Shown here in pieces: positions 14,677 to 21,998 of a DNA stretch of 32,000 nucleotides. The stretch comes from Propionibacterium freudenreichii subsp. freudenreichii (lineage in GTDB: Bacteria > Actinomycetota > Actinomycetes > Propionibacteriales > Propionibacteriaceae): NCBI RefSeq assembly GCF_000940845.1, contig NZ_CP010341.1, positions 2,040,001-2,072,000 of the forward strand, in the 5' to 3' direction. The notes under the pieces were generated by a model. The model was not told the DNA's origin and made no database searches. It saw nothing but the letters and a program-made list of their open reading frames with translations. A program made the translations under genes and the position numbers. Each line of letters begins with the position of its first letter. The first letter of the stretch is position 1.

Positions 14677-15699
14677 TCAGTCCTTGTGGGTGCCCAGCGA
14701 ACCGAGCTCCTTGCAGGCCTCCACCACGCGGTCGGCCATGCCGTTCTCGGCCTTCTTGCCCCACGAGCGCGGGTCGTACATCTTCTTGTTGCCGACCTCG
14801 CCGTCGATCTTCAGCACACCCTCGTACTGGGTGAACATGTGATCGACCACGGGGCGGGTGAAGGCGTACTGCGTGTCGGTGTCAACGTTCATCTTGATGA
14901 CGCCGTAGGACACCGCATCGGCGATCTCCTGGGGGCTCGAGCCCGAGCCACCGTGGAAGACCAGGTCGAAGGGCTTGTCGATGCCGTACTTCTTGCCACA
15001 GGCGTCCTGGATCTCCTTGAGGATCTCGGGGCGCAGCTTCACGTGGCCGGGCTTGTAGGCGCCGTGCACATTGCCGAAGGTGAGTGCGGTGATGTAGCGA
15101 CCCTGCTCGCCGGTGCCCAGGGCCTCCAGCGTGCGCATGCCGTCCTCGACGGTGGTGTAGAGCTTGTCGTTGATCTCACCGGTGACGCCGTCCTCCTCGC
15201 CACCCACGGCGCCCACCTCGATCTCGAGGATGATGTGGGCCTTCGAGGTGCGCGTGAGGAGCTCCTTGGCGATCTCGAGGTTCTCACCCAGGTCGATGGC
15301 CGAGCCGTCCCACATGTGGGAGTTGAACAGCGGATCCTCGCCGCGGTCGACGCGCTCCTGGCTGATCGCGATGAGCGGGTTGACGTAGGTGTCGAGCTTC
15401 TCCTTCTGGCAGTGGTCGGTGTGCAGGGCGATGTTCACCGAATAGTGCTTGGCCACCACGCGCGCGTACTCCGCGAGCGCCACGGCACCGGTGACCATGT
15501 TCTTCACCTTCTGGCCCGACGCATACTCCGCGCCGCCGGTGGACACCTGGATGATGCCGTCGGACTGCGCTTCCGCGAAGCCCTGGATGGCAGCGTTGAG
15601 GGTCTGCGACGAGGTGATGTTGATCGCCGGGTAGGCGAAGCCGCCCTTCTTGGCACGGTCGATCATGTCCGCGTAGACCTCGGGACTTGCGATAGGCAT
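14677..15699 (-). CDS. fba: Class II (metal-dependent) fructose-1,6-bisphosphate aldolase
   Basis: 340 aa from the ATG at 15699 (MPIASPEVYADMIDRAK...). Class II FBA motifs are present (HTDHC, FGNVHG, VFHGGSGS). The 65-codon N-terminal extension in the ORF track was discarded. Confidence 0.92.
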   Translation of the reverse strand: MPIASPEVYADMIDRAKKGGFAYPAINITSSQTLNAAIQGFAEAQSDGIIQVSTGGAEYASGQKVKNMVTGAVALAEYARVVAKHYSVNIALHTDHCQKEKLDTYVNPLIAISQERVDRGEDPLFNSHMWDGSAIDLGENLEIAKELLTRTSKAHIILEIEVGAVGGEEDGVTGEINDKLYTTVEDGMRTLEALGTGEQGRYITALTFGNVHGAYKPGHVKLRPEILKEIQDACGKKYGIDKPFDLVFHGGSGSSPQEIADAVSYGVIKMNVDTDTQYAFTRPVVDHMFTQYEGVLKIDGEVGNKKMYDPRSWGKKAENGMADRVVEACKELGSLGTHKD

Positions 15700-15873
15700 G
15701 TGTGCTTCTTTCTGGCTCGACGCCGGTTCAGTCTGCGCATCCGGGTGGTGGAACGCGCGATCGGGGGGACCCTCGTTGTGTTCTTCCAACAGCTGGGATG
15801 CCTGCCGACGCGGCGGGCACCAGCGCAATTCTCTCAGGATCGGAGCAGTTCCGAAAGCCCTGAGCTCAATCAA

Positions 15874-15879
15874 ATTGTA
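15874..15879 (-). promoter_or_regulatory. Possible fba -10 element TACAAT in an AT-rich island (15860-15900)
   Basis: The complement of 15874-15879 reads TACAAT. There is no convincing -35. It would give a ~170-nt leader. Confidence 0.3.
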
Positions 15880-15927
15880 AGAACATTCCAACAAATTCGG
15901 GTACGGCGGGCGCAGGTGCGTCCGGGA

Positions 15928-16563
15928 TCACCAGACCTGCTCGCAGCGGCTCATGTCGAGGTGCAGCCGGCGTCCCGAATATGCCCACAGGCCCGAGTCG
16001 ATCGTGCCGGGCATCAACGTGAGCAGGGCGAAGGGCACCGTCCAGTAGCTGCCGTCGGCGCGCACCACCTGCAGTTCGGGTCCGGGCACCGCCCGTCTGC
16101 TTGCGCCGCGCACGGCCGAGACATCGGACCAGGCCAGGAACTCGACGCGATCGGCGTGGGTGAGCAGCAGGCCGTCGCGACGCATCGTCACCGCCGCCCC
16201 CACCTGCATGCGCCCCAGTGCGCGGGTGAGGTCGTGGCGCGTCATCGCGATGCGTGCCACCTGCACCCAACCCGACACCAGCGGCCACAGCAGCAACAAC
16301 GCCATCGCCAGGGCCGACGGCCTGAGCGCCAGGATCCCGGCCGGATGCAGCTGCCACTTGAACATGGTGAGCGCCACCAGCAGCCAGCCGACCCCGAAGA
16401 TCGAGCCGATCACCGCGAAGATGACGGCACGCCTGGTGGACTTCTTGAACGCGGCGTGGCGCAGCTGCAGTCGGTCGGGGCTGAGCAACAGCGCGAAGCC
16501 CCGGTCGCTGACCGGGCGTGGATTCGCCGGACGCTGGGTGGCCGTGGGCTGCATGGCGCTCAT
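15928..16563 (-). CDS. Hypothetical membrane protein: two TM helices plus a C-terminal PH/YcxB-like soluble domain
   Basis: 211-aa ORF whose ATG overlaps the stop of the upstream methyltransferase (ATGA at 16560-16563). Hydrophobic segments are AVIFAVIGSIFGVGWLLVALTMF and ALAMALLLLWPLVSGWV. Confidence 0.6.
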   Translation of the reverse strand: MSAMQPTATQRPANPRPVSDRGFALLLSPDRLQLRHAAFKKSTRRAVIFAVIGSIFGVGWLLVALTMFKWQLHPAGILALRPSALAMALLLLWPLVSGWVQVARIAMTRHDLTRALGRMQVGAAVTMRRDGLLLTHADRVEFLAWSDVSAVRGASRRAVPGPELQVVRADGSYWTVPFALLTLMPGTIDSGLWAYSGRRLHLDMSRCEQVW

Positions 16564-17336
16564 CCTATAGAGCCGGGCTTTGCGTGGGCTGGCAACGACG
16601 ACGCATCGGACACCGCCGTGGTGACCCCCTCGTCACGCGGCCCACCCGCATGGGCGAGCGCCCAGTGGTACATCGCGATGGCGGCGGCGGCACCGGCGTT
16701 CATCGACCGGGTGGATCCGTACTGGGTGATCGCCACCAGGCGTTCGCAGGCGGCGGCGAGCTCGTCGGTGAGGCCCTGCCCCTCGCTGCCGAAGACCAGG
16801 CAGCAACGCAGCGGGAGCTCGGTGGTCTCCAGGCGCACCGCCCCGGGCAGGTTGTCGACGCCCACCATGGTCAGCTCGTGCTCGGCGCAGTAGGACACCA
16901 GCGAGGCGACATCGGGCTGGTGGTGCACGTGCAGGTAGCGGTCGGTCACCATGGCGCCGCGTCGGTTCCAGCGATGGCGTCCCAGGATGTGCACCCCCGA
17001 CACGTTGAACGCATTGCCGGTGCGCACGATCGAGCCGATGTTGAAGTCGTGCTCCCAGTTCTGGATGGCGATCTGCAGGCTGTGGCGTCGGGTGTCGAGG
17101 TCGGCCACGATCGCCTCCACCGTCCAGTAGCGGTAGCGGTCGAGCACATTGCGGTGGTCGCCGTCGGCCAGCAGCTCGGGGTCGAAGCGCGGATCGTCGG
17201 GCCAGGGTTGGGGAGCCGGGCCGACGCCCACCGTCGGGGCGGTGGGGTCCACCGGCGGCTTGGCAGTGCCACCGTCCCGGGCCTCGGACAGGGTTGCGTC
17301 AGACTGCGGTGCAGGGCTGTCAGCTGGGTGATCCAC
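16560..17336 (-). CDS. SpoU/TrmH-family RNA 2'-O-methyltransferase
   Basis: C-terminal part of ORF 16560..18179. SpoU motifs are present (NIGSIVRTGNAF, LVFGSEGQGL, ITQYGSTRSMNAGAAAAIAMY). The start is placed at GTG 17336 (alternative TTG 17345), because dedA occupies the opposite strand beyond 17361/17397. Confidence 0.78.
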   Translation of the reverse strand: MDHPADSPAPQSDATLSEARDGGTAKPPVDPTAPTVGVGPAPQPWPDDPRFDPELLADGDHRNVLDRYRYWTVEAIVADLDTRRHSLQIAIQNWEHDFNIGSIVRTGNAFNVSGVHILGRHRWNRRGAMVTDRYLHVHHQPDVASLVSYCAEHELTMVGVDNLPGAVRLETTELPLRCCLVFGSEGQGLTDELAAACERLVAITQYGSTRSMNAGAAAAIAMYHWALAHAGGPRDEGVTTAVSDASSLPAHAKPGSIG

Positions 17337-17396
17337 GCCGCCCAACGCTACCCTTGCCGGGTGCTCCCACTGTCTTTGTTGCCCGCGCTGGTGCCC

Positions 17397-18071
17397 ATGC
17401 TGCCGAGCTGGATGGACCCGGCGACCATCATCCACGCACTGGGGAACGGGGCCCTGTGGGGGGTGTGCGCCATCCTGTTCATCGAGTGCGCGATCTTCCC
17501 GATCCTGCCCGGTGACTCCCTGCTGTTCACGGTGGGCATGTTCATCGCCATGGTGCCCCCGTCGATCACCTTCGGCGACATGGGCAAGCCGATGGTCTAC
17601 GTGGTGGCCTGCCTCATCATGACCGTCTTCGCGGTGGGCGGGAACATGGCCGGCTATTACATCGGCAAGTTCGTCTCGGGCTGGTTGTTCAAACCCCGCG
17701 ACGGCTGGGTGGGCAAGATCTTCAGCCAGAAGCACCTGGACGACACCCACAAGTTCTTCGCCCGTTACGGCTCCAAGGCCCTCGTGCTGGGACGCTTCGT
17801 ACCCTTCGTCCGCACCTTCGTGACGATGGTCGCCGGCGCGGCCGGGATGACCTTCCGCCACTTCATCCTGTGGACGGCGGTGGGCGGCGTGCTGTGGGTG
17901 TGGGGCGTCACCGCACTGGGCTATTTCCTGGGCAATGTGGCCTTCATCGGCGACAACATCGACCTGGTGCTGGTGGCCATCGTGCTCATCTCGGTGATCC
18001 CGATGGTGGTCGAATACCTGTTGGAGAAGCGTCGCGGACGCATGGAAGCGGCGGCCGGCGCCGACGCCTGA
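17397..18071 (+). CDS. dedA: DedA/VTT-domain family inner-membrane protein
   Basis: C-terminal 224 aa of ORF 16518..18071, starting MLPSWMDP.... Family motifs are present: FIECAIFPILPGDSLLFTVG and RFVPFVRTFVTMVAGAAGM. An alternative GTG start is at 17361. Confidence 0.85.
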   Translation: MLPSWMDPATIIHALGNGALWGVCAILFIECAIFPILPGDSLLFTVGMFIAMVPPSITFGDMGKPMVYVVACLIMTVFAVGGNMAGYYIGKFVSGWLFKPRDGWVGKIFSQKHLDDTHKFFARYGSKALVLGRFVPFVRTFVTMVAGAAGMTFRHFILWTAVGGVLWVWGVTALGYFLGNVAFIGDNIDLVLVAIVLISVIPMVVEYLLEKRRGRMEAAAGADA

Positions 18072-18159
18072 TCGGGGGTCATCCCCCGCGCCATGGGGCC
18101 CGTCGGGCGCGTGCCACCACGGAGTGAGGGATCGCGGCGCAACAGATCGCAAGGCAACG

Positions 18160-18207
18160 GATAGGGGCGGATGAAGCACCGTGGATGGTGCTTCATCCGC
18201 CCCTATC
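18160..18207. terminator. Perfect 21-bp stem / 6-nt loop hairpin between convergent dedA and lemA
   Basis: GATAGGGGCGGATGAAGCACC (18160-18180) pairs with GGTGCTTCATCCGCCCCTATC (18187-18207). Confidence 0.7.
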
Positions 18208-18278
18208 GCTGTCCCCGGACACGGTCACTACTGACAGGCACAGCTCCGCAGACCGGGTGGGTGCCCGGCGACCGGCGG

Positions 18279-19148
18279 CTAGCCGTTCTGGCCGGATGCT
18301 CCGGAGCCCGAACCACCCTGCGAGTCATCGTCCGGGAGCGTCGGCTGCTGGCCCGTTGTCGGCTGCTGACGCGGCGGCTGCGGCGGCACATATCCCTGGT
18401 TCTGCTCGGTGGGAACCGCCTGGGGCTGTCCGCTGCCGGGCTGCGCCGGCGGCGTGACCAACGGCTGGCCGGGCGCGTCCTGGCCCAGCGCCGGCTGCGG
18501 GGCCGACTGCTGGTTCCCGGGAGCCGGCGTGCCGGCCTGCTGGCCATCGCGCTGCACACCCGAGCCATAGCCCATCTGTGAGAAGTCCACCTGGGGCGCC
18601 TCGCGCATCGAGGGGTCGTCCACCTGGAAGTAGGCAGCCTTGGTGAAGTGGAACATCGAGGCGCTGATGTTCGACGGGAAGCTCTCCACCTTCGTGTTGT
18701 AGTCGCCGACCACCGCGTTGTAGTAGCGCCGCGAGTTGGCGATGCGGTCCTCGGTGGCGGCCAACTGCTCCGACAGCTGGCGGAAGCCGGCGTCGGCCTT
18801 CAGGTCGGGATAGGCCTCGGCCAGCGCATTGATGCTGCCCAGGGCCTGGGTGAGCTGGGCCTCCACCTGGCCACGCTGGGCGCTCGCCGCACCGTTGGTA
18901 TCCATCTGGCGCGCCTGGTTGCGCAGCGAAATGATGTCGGACAACGTGTTGTGCTCGTGGGTGGCGTAGCCCTTGACCGATTCGACCAGGTTGGGAATCA
19001 GGTCATAGCGACGGTTGAGTTCCACGTCGACCTGGCGCCAGGCCTCCTGCAGCTTGTTGCGCAGCCCCACCAGCGAGTTGTACGGGGCGATGAACATGCC
19101 CCCCACGATCGCCAGCAGGACGACGATGATCACGATGATGGCAATCAC
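18279..19148 (-). CDS. lemA: LemA-family membrane protein with a ~95-aa Gln/Pro/Gly-rich C-terminal tail
   Basis: N-terminal TM helix followed by LemA motifs (YNSLVGLRN, VDVELNRRYDLIPNLV, RRYYNAVVGDYN). The tail begins around GSGVQRDGQQAGTPAPGNQQ.... Confidence 0.85.
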   Translation of the reverse strand: MIAIIVIIVVLLAIVGGMFIAPYNSLVGLRNKLQEAWRQVDVELNRRYDLIPNLVESVKGYATHEHNTLSDIISLRNQARQMDTNGAASAQRGQVEAQLTQALGSINALAEAYPDLKADAGFRQLSEQLAATEDRIANSRRYYNAVVGDYNTKVESFPSNISASMFHFTKAAYFQVDDPSMREAPQVDFSQMGYGSGVQRDGQQAGTPAPGNQQSAPQPALGQDAPGQPLVTPPAQPGSGQPQAVPTEQNQGYVPPQPPRQQPTTGQQPTLPDDDSQGGSGSGASGQNG

Positions 19149-19417
19149 AGCTTCGCGCCTTTCCTTGGGGTCAGGCCCCGTGAGGAGCCCTCGCCCCGTG
19201 ACGTAGCGGGCCCCGACTCGGATGAGCCGATGCGCTTCATGTCCACACTAATGGAGCCACCGGGCCACGAAGACAGTCCGGCCGGCAGCAATACGGCCAA
19301 CCGCTGCCCGGCCGGGGCGCACCTGCCGCGCCGGGGACGCCCGATGGACGCGCCCGTGGGTCCCGCGGGCCCTGACGGCGCCGCTCCCCACGGTGTGACT
19401 TCGTGCGGTCCGACTCC

Positions 19418-19975
19418 CTACAGCCCCAGGTCCTCGGCGTCATAGGCGTGGCGGTAGTCCAGGCCGGCGTCCGCCATGGCCCGGGCCACCACGCCCCCGG
19501 AGCGGTCGACGATGTCGATGACGCCCACCACGATGGCGCCGGCCTCCTTGATGGCCTCCACCGCGGTCAGGGCGGACCCGCCGGTCGTGCTGGTGTCCTC
19601 GACCACCACGACGCGACGCCCGGTGATGTCAGGGCCCTCGATGCGCTTGTTCAGGCCGTGGGTCTTGGCCTCCTTGCGCACGACGAAGGCATCCACCGGC
19701 GAACCGGCAGCGGCCGCTGCGTGCAACATCGCCGCACCCACCGGATCGGCACCCATCGTGAGCCCGCCGACGGCGTCGAAGTCCCAGTCCTTCACCAGGT
19801 CGAGCATCACCCGACCAACCAGCGGGGCGTCCACTCCCGACAGCGTCACGCGACGCATGTCGATGTAGTACTCGGCCTCCTTGCCGCTGGAGAGCACGAC
19901 GTGCCCGGGCACCACGGCTTCGTTGATGATGTGCTGGCGCAGGGCTTCGCGGTCGCTGCTGGCTTGATCGGTCAT
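19418..19975 (-). CDS. pyrE: Orotate phosphoribosyltransferase
   Basis: 185 aa with the PRPP-binding loop VVVVEDTSTTGGS and a type-I PRTase fold pattern. Confidence 0.9.
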   Translation of the reverse strand: MTDQASSDREALRQHIINEAVVPGHVVLSSGKEAEYYIDMRRVTLSGVDAPLVGRVMLDLVKDWDFDAVGGLTMGADPVGAAMLHAAAAAGSPVDAFVVRKEAKTHGLNKRIEGPDITGRRVVVVEDTSTTGGSALTAVEAIKEAGAIVVGVIDIVDRSGGVVARAMADAGLDYRHAYDAEDLGL

Positions 19976-19982
19976 GGTGCTG

Positions 19983-19988
19983 AGAATA
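19983..19988 (-). promoter_or_regulatory. -10-like TATTCT placed 7 nt upstream of the pyrE ATG (candidate leaderless transcript)
   Basis: The complement of 19983-19988 reads TATTCT (TANNNT). There is no Shine-Dalgarno in the 7 nt (CAGCACC) before the ATG. Confidence 0.35.
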
Positions 19989-20054
19989 TCGGGCCGGCCG
20001 CGGGCACGGCACCCGCACGCCCGGTTGGCCCGGGCACCCCGGCAACGGTGGCGC

Positions 20055-20663
20055 CTAGTGCACCAACGTGGCGAACAACACCGAACGATCCGCGGTCGGC
20101 ACGAGGTCCTGGTCGGCGGTGATCGTCAACAACGAATCGGTGGGGACCTGGCCGGCATGGCCCGGCACCGCGTCGAGCACCCAGCTGTCGTCGGCATGCA
20201 CGGTGAGATCGCGCGGCGCCACCTCCACCGCGTAGCGGAAGGAACCCGAGCAGCTGTCCACCGTGATCACATCGCCCTTGTTGAGTTCCAGCAGCCGCTC
20301 CAGCGGCGCGCCATGGGTGATGCGGTAGCCCGCCAGCGCAAAGTTGCCGGCCTGCCCCGGCTGGCCCGTGGTGGCGTACCACCCGACCCCGGAGCCGAGC
20401 GCCTTGTTGTCCGTGCCGCGCGCGATGGGCTCATGCACGCCGATGGCGTCGATGGTGAGCACCCCGATCACGGCATCGGTGGCCTGGCTGTCGCAGGACG
20501 CCGGGAACGATGCCAGCGCCCGGGCCGCCCTGTTGTGCGCCGAGCGGGTGGAGCCCCAGACCTGCCATGCGGCAGCCGCGCCGAGCACCAGCACGAGCGC
20601 CACGACGCCCACCACCACCAGGGTGAACACGGAAGGGCGGCGAGCGCGGCGGGCTGACGACAT
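20055..20663 (-). CDS. Class-E-sortase-like membrane-anchored protein lacking the catalytic His and Cys (pseudo-sortase)
   Basis: N-terminal TM anchor and sortase core motifs. However GNFALAGYRITHG replaces GNxxxAGHRxxHG, and LLTITADQ replaces (T/I)TLTTC. The downstream Arg (DRSVLFATL) is kept. Confidence 0.72.
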   Translation of the reverse strand: MSSARRARRPSVFTLVVVGVVALVLVLGAAAAWQVWGSTRSAHNRAARALASFPASCDSQATDAVIGVLTIDAIGVHEPIARGTDNKALGSGVGWYATTGQPGQAGNFALAGYRITHGAPLERLLELNKGDVITVDSCSGSFRYAVEVAPRDLTVHADDSWVLDAVPGHAGQVPTDSLLTITADQDLVPTADRSVLFATLVH

Positions 20664-20740
20664 GGATTCAGCCTAGAGGTCCCCGCCGGTGGGACGCGGT
20701 TATCCGCCCGTCACGCGCTGCGGGCAGGGTGTGATCCCAT

Positions 20741-20870
20741 TCGCTGTGCCCATGTTCGAGTTTCACTCGCTGTGCCCATGTTCGAACTTCATTCGCTGTG
20801 CCCATGTTCGAGTTTCACTCGCTGTGCCCATGTTCGAACTTCATTCGCTGGGCCCATGTTCGAACTTCAT
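20741..20870. repeat. 5 x 26-bp perfect or near-perfect tandem repeat in an A-B-A-B-B' pattern (52-bp super-unit)
   Basis: A is TCGCTGTGCCCATGTTCGAGTTTCAC and B is TCGCTGTGCCCATGTTCGAACTTCAT. Units start at 20741, 20767, 20793, 20819 and 20845. B contains the palindrome GTTCGAAC. Confidence 0.9.
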
Positions 20871-21784
20871 TCGAAGTGCGTCCGGGCGTCCCAACTCACG
20901 GGGCTGCCCTGGGGCGCGGCGTCGTCGAAGGGCTCGGGCGCGCCACGCCAACGGTCAAGCTCCTCGCCGAAGATCCAGCGGTAGGGGAAGGCGTCCCCGC
21001 GCCCGCGGCTCATCAGGGCCGACATCGGCAGCTCCAGGTGCGAGCACAGGATCACCACATTGCCCATGCGTCGCCCCTTGAACACGCCCGGCTCTGCACA
21101 CACCGACAGTTCACTGAAAGAGCGGTTCGCCCCGACCAGCACCCGGTGCGTCCACGTGAACGGGGCCGTGTCGGTGACATTGATCGCCAGCAGGCCGCCG
21201 TCGCGCAACACGCGGTCGTATTCGCCGAACGCCTGGCCGGTCACCAGCTCGCCGGGCACCGACAGGTGGGCGAACGCGTCCACGATGATCATGTCGGCAT
21301 AGTCCGCCGGCATCACGGCCAGCCCGGTGCGTCCGTCCTGGGGACGCACCTTGATGCCCGAGCGCTGCGGCAGCGGGAGTTCACGGCGCACCTCCTCGGT
21401 GAGGCGCTCATCGGGCTCGAGCACGATCTGCGGCGACGTCGGACGGGTGAAGGCCACATAGCGGGCCAACGACATGCCCGCACCACCCACATGGATCACC
21501 CGCGGCCGCTCACCGGCGGGCACCCACACGTCGATGGCCTCACTGATGCGCTGCATATAGGGGAACTCGAGGTGCGTCGGATCATTCGGGTCGACGAAGG
21601 AATGCTCCACTCCCCCGCCGCTGACCACGAATGCGCCCGGCACGAACTTGTCGGGCTGCACATGCAGCACGTCGTGGTCCGACGGGGTGGCGTCACCGCC
21701 CCCGACGGCCCCGTCCGGCCCGGACGCGCCGCTGACGACTTCCCCATGAGCAGCCGATGCCCGGCCCTGGTGCTTGTGTGCCAT
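20867..21784 (-). CDS. Spermidine-synthase-like SAM-dependent methyltransferase-fold protein
   Basis: 305 aa from the ATG at 21784 (MAHKHQ...). It has a class-I MTase/spermidine-synthase pattern (VIHVGGAGMSLARY..., IIVDAF..., GGLLAINV). The stop codon lies inside the last 26-bp repeat unit. Confidence 0.72.
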   Translation of the reverse strand: MAHKHQGRASAAHGEVVSGASGPDGAVGGGDATPSDHDVLHVQPDKFVPGAFVVSGGGVEHSFVDPNDPTHLEFPYMQRISEAIDVWVPAGERPRVIHVGGAGMSLARYVAFTRPTSPQIVLEPDERLTEEVRRELPLPQRSGIKVRPQDGRTGLAVMPADYADMIIVDAFAHLSVPGELVTGQAFGEYDRVLRDGGLLAINVTDTAPFTWTHRVLVGANRSFSELSVCAEPGVFKGRRMGNVVILCSHLELPMSALMSRGRGDAFPYRWIFGEELDRWRGAPEPFDDAAPQGSPVSWDARTHFE

Positions 21785-21998
21785 GACCCCATTGTGGCCT
21801 GCCGGGCTCCGGCCCCCGCACCGAACACGTGGCCCGGCGCAGGACACATGCCCCGGCGCAGATCATCGGCCCCGCAGCGAACGTCGACCCCCGAACAGGA
21901 ATAGGGTCATGGGACGACAACACAGGCGCCGTCGCCCAGCAGCGCTGCCGCCGACGGCGGGAGGGGCGCGACCGGTCCCAAGAGCCGCAGGAGAACGA

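Noticed and set aside
15860-15900. The AT-rich segment upstream of fba (CAAATTGTAAGAACATTCCAACAAATTCG) as another IolR-type operator
   Set aside because: It has TTGT...ACAA ends but lacks the TGTC/GACA cores and the spacing seen at the other sites. I kept it only as a possible -10 region.
18158-18210. Mirror-image small ORFs (MKHRGWCFIRPY... on + and MKHHPRCFIRPY... on -) around 18170-18200
   Set aside because: They are produced by translating the two arms of the 21-bp perfect terminator palindrome.
20741-20870. Possibility that the 26-bp repeat array is a CRISPR array
   Set aside because: The units are directly adjacent with no spacers, there are only five copies, and no cas genes lie nearby.
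20689-21081. ORFs 20689..21081, 20772..20984 and the 5' part of 20798..21904, which encode repeated PMFEFHSLCPCSNFIR-like peptides
   Set aside because: They arise from translating the 26-bp tandem repeat, whose period is not a multiple of 3, so the same DNA is read in shifting frames. The downstream part overlaps the better-supported methyltransferase gene on the opposite strand.
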